A stretch of 48,093 nucleotides of DNA from sequence record SRR20825019_241. One strand, given 5' to 3'. Shown piece after piece: positions 28,784 through 38,404 of the stretch; position 1 is the first letter of the stretch; the number at the start of each line of letters is the position of its first letter. Both the position numbers and the translations under genes were made by a program. The notes beneath the pieces were generated by a model. The model had not been told where the DNA came from and ran no database searches. It saw only the letters and a list, made by a program, of their open reading frames with translations.

Positions 28784-30439
28784 CTAGTTATTTACGATAA
28801 TGGTTTTGTTTACAGTAGTTTGAGCAGTAGTTACTCGAACCATGTAAGAACCATTAGCGGCATTCTTTAAAATAACATTCGCGCTTGAAGCATCTGTAAG
28901 GTCTGTTGAATAAACAATTCGACCCGAGATGTCTGTAACAATAAGTGTTCCTGTTACAAGATTTCCTCCTGCGAAAGAAAGGGTAAACGAACCGTTTGAT
29001 GGGTTCGGGCTTACGTAAAAATCAATGCTTGGTACTGGACGAGAAATTCCCGCTGTACCTGGATTTGGATCGTATCCGTCGAGCACTACTGGTGCAGTAC
29101 CGCAAGAAGCTGGCGCAAGTCGACCACTTACTCCCAATCCCCATGCAACACCCAATCTACCGTAGTAATCGTATTGTCCGTTATCATTCGTTCCTGAACA
29201 AGCCGCCGCGCCACCGTAAAGTTGTCCGATGATTCGTCCATTCTGATCGAAAAGAGGAGATCCAGAAGAGCCAGGCTCCGTTACACCAGAATCCCAATTG
29301 TCAATAAACCAAACTGAAGCTCCAGCCGCAGTATTGTGATAAGGAGCTTGCAATTCTTGACAAATTTTCTTTACATCACCACTTGGATGATGAACTCCAA
29401 TTGCAGAAGAAACGTTCGAAGTGTTGTTTATGTCGCTGCTATTCCAACCAGCATAATAAACTCCCCAATCAATAGCGTCTTGAACAACCATGTTCGTGAT
29501 TCGTAACAATGCGAAATCTGCTTGTGAACCGCTTTCTAAAACCGTTGCTCCATTTGCCGTTTGATCATACGGAGGTCCTGGATTAGTACTTGATGCTGAA
29601 GTTGCACAAGATTCTGTTCCTTCTGGACTTTCCCAGTTAAATCTAAACGCCCAGTTTGATGTTCCACCACCAAGACAGTGATTTGCTGTCAAAAAGTAAG
29701 GTGTTCCGTCGTTACATGTATTGTTGATCAATGCTCCAGAACAAATTCCGTTTCCACCTACAACAATCATTGCTGCAGAACGAATTTGATTTTTCCAAAG
29801 ATCTCCAAGAGGACAGTTTACATCAACATTACACGCGCCAGAATCGTTCAGACCTTTTTGCAAGTCTTTTTGAATGCGTGTAAGACTTCTGTATCCGTGA
29901 ACAACATCTGTGATTGTGAATGATCCTTGACCAGCAACGGCTGTTGGCTCAAAATATTCAACAACGATGTGATCGCCATGAACTAATTCAGTCCCAAGCG
30001 CTTTGTCTTCATTGTTATTTCTCGCAGTATATGCACCAACACGATTTGTTCCTTCTTTATCGTATAAATACAGTTGTCCGCCTTGTGGGATGTATAAATC
30101 TTCTAACAATAGGTTAATTGTCATAGCTCCAGCCGAAGTCAATTCTATTCTCCAAATTCTACCTTCTGGCGTAAGTTGCCATACACCGGAGTTGGTTAAA
30201 TTAAGGTCTGTTGAATGCTTGTGACCAAATCTCCAAGGGTTGGATTTGTCTTGATCATTAATCGCGTCTTCAGCTTGTAGTGCCTCCAAGTTAATTGGTT
30301 GCATTTTCTGAACAGGTACAGTTACATTACTTTGAAATGAACTTTTCCAAGCGATTGGTCCACCCAAGTCTGTCACCTGAGCAAAAGAATTCACACTCAG
30401 AAGAATTGCTGAGAATGAATAGAGTAGTGTTTTTTTCAT
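28784..30439 (-). CDS. Lysyl endopeptidase-like S1 serine protease with T9SS CTD (short paralog)
   Basis: Same triad motifs (TANHC, ADFAL, TEPGSSGSP). Signal peptide begins at MKKTLLYS (30439). VSPNP CTD. Confidence 0.9.
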   Translation of the reverse strand: MKKTLLYSFSAILLSVNSFAQVTDLGGPIAWKSSFQSNVTVPVQKMQPINLEALQAEDAINDQDKSNPWRFGHKHSTDLNLTNSGVWQLTPEGRIWRIELTSAGAMTINLLLEDLYIPQGGQLYLYDKEGTNRVGAYTARNNNEDKALGTELVHGDHIVVEYFEPTAVAGQGSFTITDVVHGYRSLTRIQKDLQKGLNDSGACNVDVNCPLGDLWKNQIRSAAMIVVGGNGICSGALINNTCNDGTPYFLTANHCLGGGTSNWAFRFNWESPEGTESCATSASSTNPGPPYDQTANGATVLESGSQADFALLRITNMVVQDAIDWGVYYAGWNSSDINNTSNVSSAIGVHHPSGDVKKICQELQAPYHNTAAGASVWFIDNWDSGVTEPGSSGSPLFDQNGRIIGQLYGGAAACSGTNDNGQYDYYGRLGVAWGLGVSGRLAPASCGTAPVVLDGYDPNPGTAGISRPVPSIDFYVSPNPSNGSFTLSFAGGNLVTGTLIVTDISGRIVYSTDLTDASSANVILKNAANGSYMVRVTTAQTTVNKTIIVNN

Positions 30440-30459
30440 AGTTCTAGTTTTGCCTAAAT

Positions 30460-31092
30460 TTATTTTCGTTTGATGCTGCAACCTCTAGGCTGTGAGGTAT
30501 TATCTTTAAGAGGAGTGCCATTTGCTAAATGGTCCATTACTTCTACTGCGTAGCTCCTATCTTCAGTGCGTTTTGAATCCCAAGAATTATCGATACTTCC
30601 TTTGAAAGCCAATTTTCCTTTTGAATCAATCACAAAGAGATGAGGTGTAGTTTTTGCTCCGAAAGCATCAGCAAGTTTAGACTTTTCATCCACTAAGTAG
30701 TTCATTTTATACTCCTTTTCCTCTGCACGTTTGATCATTTCTTCCATCGAATCATCATCTGAACGCTTTGCAGCATTAGAATTGATCAATACTAAGCCAA
30801 TATTTGCTTCTGTTGCAGCTTCATAAAGGTCATTATACTGCTTTTCCCACCCTTCAAAATTGCCGTTACCAACAACAAATGGACATGTGTTGCAAGAAAA
30901 AACAACCATTAATCCATTTTCTTTTTTTAGATCAAGTAAAGAATGTGATTTACCATCGATGCCCTCCATTTTTACTTCGAGCATAGGAATTTTGTTCCCA
31001 ATTTCTAATTCTTTGTCTCCGTCTTTTGTAAATGACGATGTTATCAGGGCAATGGTTGGGACGATTAACGCCGCAATAAAAAGTTGTTTCAT
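30460..31092 (-). CDS. Exported thioredoxin-fold/redoxin family protein
   Basis: Signal peptide, CNTCPFV (CxxC), GAKTTPHLF and C-terminal GCSIK. Confidence 0.85.
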   Translation of the reverse strand: MKQLFIAALIVPTIALITSSFTKDGDKELEIGNKIPMLEVKMEGIDGKSHSLLDLKKENGLMVVFSCNTCPFVVGNGNFEGWEKQYNDLYEAATEANIGLVLINSNAAKRSDDDSMEEMIKRAEEKEYKMNYLVDEKSKLADAFGAKTTPHLFVIDSKGKLAFKGSIDNSWDSKRTEDRSYAVEVMDHLANGTPLKDNTSQPRGCSIKRK

Positions 31093-31177
31093 GCTTTATT
31101 TTTTTGTCATTGCAATCATTCCTTCTAAATTTAGCACGAAGATTGCAGTGGAGTTTAACACTGCAAAATACGAAAAT

Positions 31178-32401
31178 ATGCGAAAACTATTGATGATTTT
31201 AGTAGCGACTTGTGCTTCGTGCACATTCGCTCAGACTTTTGAAATTCCAAGTAAGAAGGGCTCATTTTACGATATTATTGAATGGAAAGGAATGGGTGCC
31301 ATTCTGATGAGCAAGGATGCAAATGGTGCAACCAAACAGGTGAATTTGACTCTTGTTGGAGAGCAAGAAACGAGTATTTGGGATCAGAAGTTCATCCCGA
31401 AATCTGAGGAATTCTACTATTTATCGAGTGAAAACGCACGTTATGTTTACTTTTTGGATAATCTAGAGTTGAACAATGGTAAAGTCTATTTTAGTCAATT
31501 GAATTCTGCGGGAAATATAAAAACGAACTCAGTAGATTATGGCAGCGCTATCAAGAAATTGGGCAGTTATGATTACAATAAACTGGAATTAATTAATGTA
31601 GTGGTTACGGATAAAGCTTTGGTTCACCATTTTCGTTACCAAGATAAGGGAGAAAAAAGTATCAGAGAGTTTGTGGTCTTTATGACGCATCATAATTTTT
31701 TGACTTATGCAGTTGAACTTGGTGCAGTTCCTGAAGTTAACTTGAAAGACGCTCGTTACGGTCAGTGGAGTTATATCGGATTCACGGATGATGAGATTTA
31801 CTTCGCCGCCCGAGATTTTGTTTCGAGTAAAAGCGGATGGTCTGTAAAAGGATTTTCATCCAAAGGAAAGCCATTGGAAAGTACATTCCTGAATACACCT
31901 GAAGGATTGTTGTCCATCGAAAATATTGGTTTCGGAACTACCGGAAAATATTATTTGAAGGCAAAATCGACAAAAGAAGCTGGTTTGTTGAGTCAAATCA
32001 ACGGTCATTTTTATCTGCTTGGAGCGCAATCTCGTGGAAATGGGGCAGAATTAATTTTGTTCGATTTAGTTGAAAACAAATGGGTAGAAAAGAATAGTTT
32101 GAACCTAAATTATTTTATCGAGAATAAGTCTTTGGAACTCGGGATTTATCCGATGAATGAAGGAATAGGATATCATCTAGACCACAATGGATACAATAAA
32201 GTGAGTATTCTAAGCTTCGATGGAAAAGATGAAAGTAACCACAACGACTTTTTAGAAGTAATGATTTCCAATCCAAGTAGTGTGCTTCATCCGAAGAAAA
32301 AAGAAGAATTTACTGTAACTTTGCCAACGAAGGTTTTGTATTTCAATACAGAGCAATTGAATAAAGAAAGTACAGTAACGTTTGAACTAAAGGATAAATG
32401 A
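31178..32401 (+). CDS. Hypothetical secreted protein
   Basis: Signal peptide MRKLLMILVATC..TFAQ. The stop overlaps the udk start. The longer ORF start at 30860 overlaps the opposite-strand gene. Confidence 0.7.
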   Translation: MRKLLMILVATCASCTFAQTFEIPSKKGSFYDIIEWKGMGAILMSKDANGATKQVNLTLVGEQETSIWDQKFIPKSEEFYYLSSENARYVYFLDNLELNNGKVYFSQLNSAGNIKTNSVDYGSAIKKLGSYDYNKLELINVVVTDKALVHHFRYQDKGEKSIREFVVFMTHHNFLTYAVELGAVPEVNLKDARYGQWSYIGFTDDEIYFAARDFVSSKSGWSVKGFSSKGKPLESTFLNTPEGLLSIENIGFGTTGKYYLKAKSTKEAGLLSQINGHFYLLGAQSRGNGAELILFDLVENKWVEKNSLNLNYFIENKSLELGIYPMNEGIGYHLDHNGYNKVSILSFDGKDESNHNDFLEVMISNPSSVLHPKKKEEFTVTLPTKVLYFNTEQLNKESTVTFELKDK

Positions 32402-33021
32402 TCGTTGGCATTTGTGGAGGAAGTGGATCAGGTAAAACAACCTTATTAAATAGATTGTTTGATCATTTTGATGATTGTAAACCGAGTGTGTTTTCAATGG
32501 ATAATTATTATTTGCCCATTGATAAACAGGCAATTGATGTAAACGGAGAAGTTAATTTTGACTTGCCGACTGCATTAGATATTAGTCGTTTACAACGCGA
32601 TTTGGCTCTTCTAATTTCCGGTGAATCCATCGTAGTGAAGGAGTACCATTTCAATTCTCCGCCAGACAAGCACGTTTTGATTACCATAAATCCGTCACCG
32701 CTAATTATCGTGGAAGGATTGTTTCTTTTTCATTATGAAGAAGTGCGCAAAATGTTGGATTATTCCATCTTTATTGATGTAGACCCAGCGGTTCAACTAG
32801 ATCGAAGACTCTATCGCGATCAAGAAACAAGAGGATATTCTCGCGAGGCGATTCTTTATCAATGGAAAAACCACGTGACGCCTTGTTATGACAATTATTT
32901 GTTACCTTACCGCAAACAAGCCGATTTCCATTTCAGAAATGATGCTCGTGCCGACGAAGATTTTGAATCCCTAAGCAAAGAGATTTCGTTCCGAATGGTG
33001 GCGCATAAAGCAACATGGTAG
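32398..33021 (+). CDS. udk: Uridine kinase
   Basis: GICGGSGSGKTT, MDNYY, NFDLPTALD, VEGLF and RDQETRG. Confidence 0.9.
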   Translation: MIVGICGGSGSGKTTLLNRLFDHFDDCKPSVFSMDNYYLPIDKQAIDVNGEVNFDLPTALDISRLQRDLALLISGESIVVKEYHFNSPPDKHVLITINPSPLIIVEGLFLFHYEEVRKMLDYSIFIDVDPAVQLDRRLYRDQETRGYSREAILYQWKNHVTPCYDNYLLPYRKQADFHFRNDARADEDFESLSKEISFRMVAHKATW

Positions 33022-36000
33022 CGCGTTTTCTAAAGAAACATTTCTTATTCTTCTTTGCGGTTCTTTGCACCCTCGTTTTTCTATTTTATTTCTATTCGGT
33101 CTCGTCGCATAATCATCAAGGCTCAATCCGACGATTTCAGCGGAACTTCTCTCACATGGAGTCTCAGCTGGATTCTAAACTGGCGTTCTACAAAAAGGAA
33201 ATTGGAAATCATGGACTCACCCCAACTTGGGAGAAATTAAAAGAGAAACACGCAGTGAATATCCATGTGTATGAGAAAGATTCACTGGTATATTGGAATA
33301 CAAATCAACTTCCCATTATTCGCTTTGCAGACATTCATTTCCCCTCGGATGGATTGCTTCACCTCCAGAATGGATGGTATTATGCGAAAACGACAGAAGT
33401 AAAGAACTATACAATTTGCTCGTCATTTCTGATTAAAAGTGATTACACGTACGAAAATCGAGATTTGATCAACACGTTTTCTGAGGAGCTTCCGTTAAAT
33501 TATGCAGCGAATATCTCACTTGAGCTTGAGAAAGGAAACGCTATAAAAAATCGCCAAGGAGAAGATGTATTTGCTCTAGTTGAGTCTGATTTTCATGAAA
33601 TTTCTCACGCCGCGTCGGTGTGGATAACGCTTTTATTGGTAACCGTAATAAGTATTTGGCTTTTTTGGGCTTCAAAAATCTCTTGGAAGTATAAATGGTT
33701 AATTCCCATAGTTGTTGTTTTGCTCCGTTACCTTTCCATTAAGTTCGAATGGTTCGATTTTATGGCGGAATTTGAAACGTACGACCCAAGCTTGTTTGCA
33801 ACAAATCAACTGTTCCCACATTTCTTGGCGTTTATGCTGAACTGCGCGGTGATCGTATATGTGCTAAATAGTTTTTTACTTATAATTCGGAAATCCTCAG
33901 GGCTGAACGGAAGAGTTGTAACGATTTCGAGTTATATATTAAGTCCGATGATCTGGTTGTTCATCGTCTACTTAACCAAAGTGCTCATTGAAAACTCATC
34001 GATTCCGCTGGTCATTGACAAGTTATTTTCTCTAAACGCCTATTCCTTAATGGCGATCGGAAGTATAGGAATCCTTTTTTTTATGTACTATCGCTTTGTT
34101 CGTGGAATTTTAGAGCGTTTGAAATTCCTAGATGTTAGAACAACTTCTCTGGCAGTTGGTACGTTCATTGGTGGTTGCATTTTTCTCTTTTATGAGATCA
34201 CTTATGGAGATGGTTTTCTCTCGGTTGGACTATTCCCCATCTTGTTTTATGGACTTCTGTTGATCATTGTCTACCGAAAGAAATCCGACCCGGAGCTTGC
34301 TGCTGGACTAATGATACTCTTGCTTTTTTCCATGGTTACTGCGGTGAGCATAGGAGAATTTAATCGGAAGAAAGAAAGAGGAGAACGAGAATTATATGCC
34401 AATCGACTTGCTACAGAGAAAAATGTAGAAACAGAAGCCGAATATTCTCTGCTTTCCCAAAAATTGAAGGATGATAATTTCTTGAAGAAGTTTATTTCTC
34501 AGCCTGCAGTGATTAATATTTCTGATTTTCAAGAGGGAATGGAGCGCCGACTGTTTAATGGCTTCTGGGAACGCTATGAAATGAGTTTCAACCTGTTTGG
34601 AGGAGATAACGAAGCGCTCGTTGTGGACCGAAACGATAATGGAACATTGTATGCCGAACTCCAAGATATTATTGATCGCGCTGGCGAAGCGTCGGAATTG
34701 GATTCGAATATTTTCTTCATTAGCGATTACACAGATCAGTATAGTTACATTATTCGTCAAGAGATCAAGGGGAAGAATGGAATAAAACATGCGACACTAT
34801 TTTGTACCTTAAAATCAAAGAAAATTCCTGAGGAAATCGGTTTCCCACGACTCTTGATTTCTCAAAAAGCGAACGTCTTAGAATCACTTGAAGCGTATTC
34901 CATTGCGAAATTCCACAACGGAAAGTTAGTTACGAAGTATGGAAAATTCAGTTATCCTTCAACAAGGAAATCGATGATTCCAAGAAATTTAGCGAACGCG
35001 CAAAAGGGATTCTTTCAATACGGCGAATTTGATCATTATCTATTGGCACGTTCACCCAGAGATGTGGTAATTCTTTCGTTAAAGAATCGGACAACCATAG
35101 ATTTGATCACGTCCTTTTCTTACCTCTTCAGCTTTTTTGGATTAATGCTCCTTCCTTTGCTTTTCAGAGTGAAATCAGGGGGTGGATTTAGACGAACATT
35201 GAGCCTAGCAATGAAGATCCAAATTGTACTTATCGCACTCGTCTTTGTATCTCTACTTTCATTTGGTTGGGGAAGCGGAATTTTTGTCAAAAACCAATAC
35301 AGCCAGTATACAGACGATGTGATCCGTGAAAAACTCAACTCTGTGCAAACGGAAGTTAGGGCAAAATTGGGCTCGTTTGATCAACTAAGCATCGATGAAA
35401 ACGGAAATTACATGCAATACATCTTGCAAAAATTTGCAAAGGTGTTTTTTACCGACATTAACCTCTACGACAACAACGGTTACATTCTTGCGACCTCACG
35501 GCCAAAAGTGTTTAATACAGGACTTCTCAGCGAGCAAATGAACCCAATTGCACTCAAAGAAATGAAGTACAATCAAAAGAGTGATTTTGTACACAATGAG
35601 AGCATCGGCGAGTTAGATTATGCTTCTGCTTACCTTCCGTTTTACAACAATCAAGGGAAGCAAATGGGATTCATTAATCTCCAGCATTTTGGTCAGCAGC
35701 GAGAGCTTGAAAATCAAATTCAGAATTTCCTTGTTGCCATTATCAATGTGTTTATTCTACTCTTAGCAATTTCGATTGTCCTAGCGATTTTCATTTCTAA
35801 CTGGCTAACATCACCGTTGAGAATTCTTCAGGAAAGTTTTGCGAATGTGGAATTTGGAAAGCAAAATGAGCAGATTCTGTACGATAGAGAAGACGAGATT
35901 GGTGCGCTTGTAAAAGATTACAATCAGAAATTGATAGAACTCGAATTTGCGGCAAATCAATTGGCGAAAAATGAACGTGAATCTGCTTGGCGAGAAATGG

Positions 36001-36644
36001 CGAAGCAAGTTGCACATGAAATAAAGAATCCGTTAACCCCAATGAAATTGAGCGTTCAGCAGTTGTTGCGTGTCTACAATCCTGAAGACCCGAAAAGTGG
36101 TGAAAAGCTAACAAAAGTGGCAAGTTCTATTATCGAACAAATAGATGCGCTAACGAGAATCGCGAATGAATTTTCGAATTTTGCCAAAATGCCAAATCCA
36201 AGTGAGGAAAGAATGGATGTGGTTGGATTGATTGAAGGAGTTCGAGAAATGTTCGTTTCGGAAGAACAGGTTAGGATTACCGTACATTCGCCAGTTGTTT
36301 CGGTGGAGATCATGGCAGATAGAAACCAGTTCATTAGAGTCTTTAACAACTTAATTAAAAACGCGATTCAAGCATTGCCAAGCGATCGAGAAGGAGAGAT
36401 TGACATCAGAATTAATGTGATTAAAGACCTCGTGCATATTGACGTAACAGACAATGGAGTTGGAATAGACGAAAACCAACAAGGAAAGATTTTTGTTCCT
36501 TATTTCACGACAAAAAGCACAGGAACAGGATTAGGACTGGCAATGGTTCGTCAGATTATCGAGAATCACAAAGGAACCATCGACTTTGAATCGGAAGCAG
36601 GAAAAGGGACAACATTTATGATTCGTCTGCCGAAAGCGGATTGA
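33015..36644 (+). CDS. Large multi-TM sensor histidine kinase (NtrY-like HisKA/HATPase with HAMP)
   Basis: AWREMAKQVAHEIKNPLTP H-box, NLIKNAIQA, DNGVGI, FVPYFTTK and GTGLGL. HAMP motif DEIGALV. Confidence 0.92.
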   Translation: MVARFLKKHFLFFFAVLCTLVFLFYFYSVSSHNHQGSIRRFQRNFSHMESQLDSKLAFYKKEIGNHGLTPTWEKLKEKHAVNIHVYEKDSLVYWNTNQLPIIRFADIHFPSDGLLHLQNGWYYAKTTEVKNYTICSSFLIKSDYTYENRDLINTFSEELPLNYAANISLELEKGNAIKNRQGEDVFALVESDFHEISHAASVWITLLLVTVISIWLFWASKISWKYKWLIPIVVVLLRYLSIKFEWFDFMAEFETYDPSLFATNQLFPHFLAFMLNCAVIVYVLNSFLLIIRKSSGLNGRVVTISSYILSPMIWLFIVYLTKVLIENSSIPLVIDKLFSLNAYSLMAIGSIGILFFMYYRFVRGILERLKFLDVRTTSLAVGTFIGGCIFLFYEITYGDGFLSVGLFPILFYGLLLIIVYRKKSDPELAAGLMILLLFSMVTAVSIGEFNRKKERGERELYANRLATEKNVETEAEYSLLSQKLKDDNFLKKFISQPAVINISDFQEGMERRLFNGFWERYEMSFNLFGGDNEALVVDRNDNGTLYAELQDIIDRAGEASELDSNIFFISDYTDQYSYIIRQEIKGKNGIKHATLFCTLKSKKIPEEIGFPRLLISQKANVLESLEAYSIAKFHNGKLVTKYGKFSYPSTRKSMIPRNLANAQKGFFQYGEFDHYLLARSPRDVVILSLKNRTTIDLITSFSYLFSFFGLMLLPLLFRVKSGGGFRRTLSLAMKIQIVLIALVFVSLLSFGWGSGIFVKNQYSQYTDDVIREKLNSVQTEVRAKLGSFDQLSIDENGNYMQYILQKFAKVFFTDINLYDNNGYILATSRPKVFNTGLLSEQMNPIALKEMKYNQKSDFVHNESIGELDYASAYLPFYNNQGKQMGFINLQHFGQQRELENQIQNFLVAIINVFILLLAISIVLAIFISNWLTSPLRILQESFANVEFGKQNEQILYDREDEIGALVKDYNQKLIELEFAANQLAKNERESAWREMAKQVAHEIKNPLTPMKLSVQQLLRVYNPEDPKSGEKLTKVASSIIEQIDALTRIANEFSNFAKMPNPSEERMDVVGLIEGVREMFVSEEQVRITVHSPVVSVEIMADRNQFIRVFNNLIKNAIQALPSDREGEIDIRINVIKDLVHIDVTDNGVGIDENQQGKIFVPYFTTKSTGTGLGLAMVRQIIENHKGTIDFESEAGKGTTFMIRLPKAD

Positions 36645-36734
36645 TTTTTTGGAAATTACCTACGACATTTGCACTATTTATTGACAAATAGAGTGTAACT
36701 ATTTGATTCTTTATTACTTTAGAAAATAAAAAAC

Positions 36735-37511
36735 ATGAACAAAATCCTACTAGCGCTTAGTGTGACATTAACGATGTCTGCTCAGGCACAATCTCCTTTA
36801 ACAAGAGCGAACTGTGATGTGACGCTCACGGTAAAAGGCTCTGGCGGAACCAATGGTGTTTCTGTATCATTCAACCCTGTAAGCAAAGTTTATTACACGG
36901 CATTCGCTGGAAATCAATCTTATCCGTTGGAAATTCATGATCTAAAGGGAAAATCGATTAGTACGCAAGAATGTGGTTATGACCTTCGTGGACTGTGGTA
37001 CAATCCGAAGTCAAAAATGTTGCAAGGTATTTCGTATAATAATCAAGGGACTTTTGATATGAAAATCAATGCAGATGGGACGTTGAAAGGTTCGGTTAGC
37101 AGCGATTTTTCGTACGGAATGGATGCCCAAACAGTGGGAACCTACGCAGCAAAAAAGAAATCAGTTATGTTCGTTGAAGGAAACACTGTTTCGTTCTATA
37201 AGATCGGAAAATCAACAGCTAAAACGGTCAAACTTATCCCGAGCAGTCCTAATTTGGAATTGAATACAAATGGACCAATGTACACTGGAGTGAAGAACTA
37301 CGAAATCGCATTGTTCGATGCAAATTCTGAGTCTGTATATTTGTTCAGTGTTAAAACGGGTAAACAAACGGGAAAAGTGGAGTTAAACATGGCAGCATGC
37401 GGCGATATCTACAACGTTCCAGGGAATTTCCGTGTGTCTTACGCAAATGATAGAGTATTCCTTTTTGATACAGACTCTAGAAGTTGGAAAGGTTTTTCGA
37501 TCTTCGATTGA
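36735..37511 (+). CDS. Hypothetical secreted beta-rich protein
   Basis: Signal peptide ending SAQA-Q. No recognisable catalytic motif. Confidence 0.75.
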   Translation: MNKILLALSVTLTMSAQAQSPLTRANCDVTLTVKGSGGTNGVSVSFNPVSKVYYTAFAGNQSYPLEIHDLKGKSISTQECGYDLRGLWYNPKSKMLQGISYNNQGTFDMKINADGTLKGSVSSDFSYGMDAQTVGTYAAKKKSVMFVEGNTVSFYKIGKSTAKTVKLIPSSPNLELNTNGPMYTGVKNYEIALFDANSESVYLFSVKTGKQTGKVELNMAACGDIYNVPGNFRVSYANDRVFLFDTDSRSWKGFSIFD

Positions 37512-37535
37512 TCTAGACTGTTAAAGATAGTTGAG

Positions 37536-37567
37536 CGGGTGATTGATGTATCAATCACCCGTTTTTT
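37536..37567 (+). terminator. Intrinsic terminator
   Basis: CGGGTGATTGA-TGTA-TCAATCACCCG followed by T6. Confidence 0.85.
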
Positions 37568-37774
37568 ATGCTCAATTGTTTTGCAAGGAATCTACCTGAT
37601 TTACCAAATCAAGTATTTTTACTTATCTGATTATCAGTATGTTTAGATAAATTTGTTGAGTAGCCTAACACATATTTATTCGATCTTAGCAATTGCAGAA
37701 TTTCTTGTTTTCGGTTACTTGGCGGTATCCGAAAAGCCTATGCAAATAGAGTAGGAAAGTAAAAATTGTTTAAA

Positions 37775-38338
37775 ATGGCAAAAATTGAAATTAGTATTGT
37801 TAGTTCTTTCGAGCTAGCATGGAATGACAGAGGAAGTGGAGCAACTTTGGATGGCTCATTTTATAATCCAGTATCTATTCCAATTGGATTTAATTCAATG
37901 GGCTCGTATGGTCAAGGTAATTACGATTCTCCAAATGGATCTGTTTTAGTAGTCAAGGAGATAGAAGGAGGAGCATTAGCACATCCTACGGATTATGTTC
38001 AGATTTACAATGATAAAAAATCTGGATCGGATTTGGACGGATCTTTTTGGTTACCAATTCCACCTCAAGGTTATACGGCAATGGGAATATTATGCGTGTC
38101 TGGGTATGATAAGCCAGCGGATGCCGAAGTAGTTTGCTTGCGTAATGATTTGATTGTGGTAGGTTCAGCAGGACAACTCATTTGGGATGATAAGAAATCC
38201 GGAGCAACCTTAGATGGAAGTTTTTGGGAAATAAATGTGAGTGCTGGGACTGTTCACACTGGATTGTTTTGTGGTGCTGGGAATTATAATCCCTCTGACG
38301 CTGCACCCGCAGTTGGAATTAGACACGATGTGCTATAA
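37775..38338 (+). CDS. Vps62/DUF946-related three-repeat protein
   Basis: Repeats LAWNDRGSGATLDGSFY, IYNDKKSGSDLDGSFW and IWDDKKSGATLDGSFW, plus PIPPQGYTAMG and VVCLRNDL. Confidence 0.8.
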   Translation: MAKIEISIVSSFELAWNDRGSGATLDGSFYNPVSIPIGFNSMGSYGQGNYDSPNGSVLVVKEIEGGALAHPTDYVQIYNDKKSGSDLDGSFWLPIPPQGYTAMGILCVSGYDKPADAEVVCLRNDLIVVGSAGQLIWDDKKSGATLDGSFWEINVSAGTVHTGLFCGAGNYNPSDAAPAVGIRHDVL

Positions 38339-38404
38339 TTAGACATCGTGTTTACGTTTGTATGAATGTGCTCAAGAAATAGATCTTGAGCACATTTGTT
38401 TTTC

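Noticed and set aside
30860-31177. 106-aa N-terminal extension of the secreted hypothetical protein
   Set aside because: It is antisense to the redoxin gene, and a clean signal peptide begins at 31178.
37652-37672. TGTTGAGTAGCCTAACA as a DtxR/MntR-like operator
   Set aside because: The symmetry is too imperfect to support a call.
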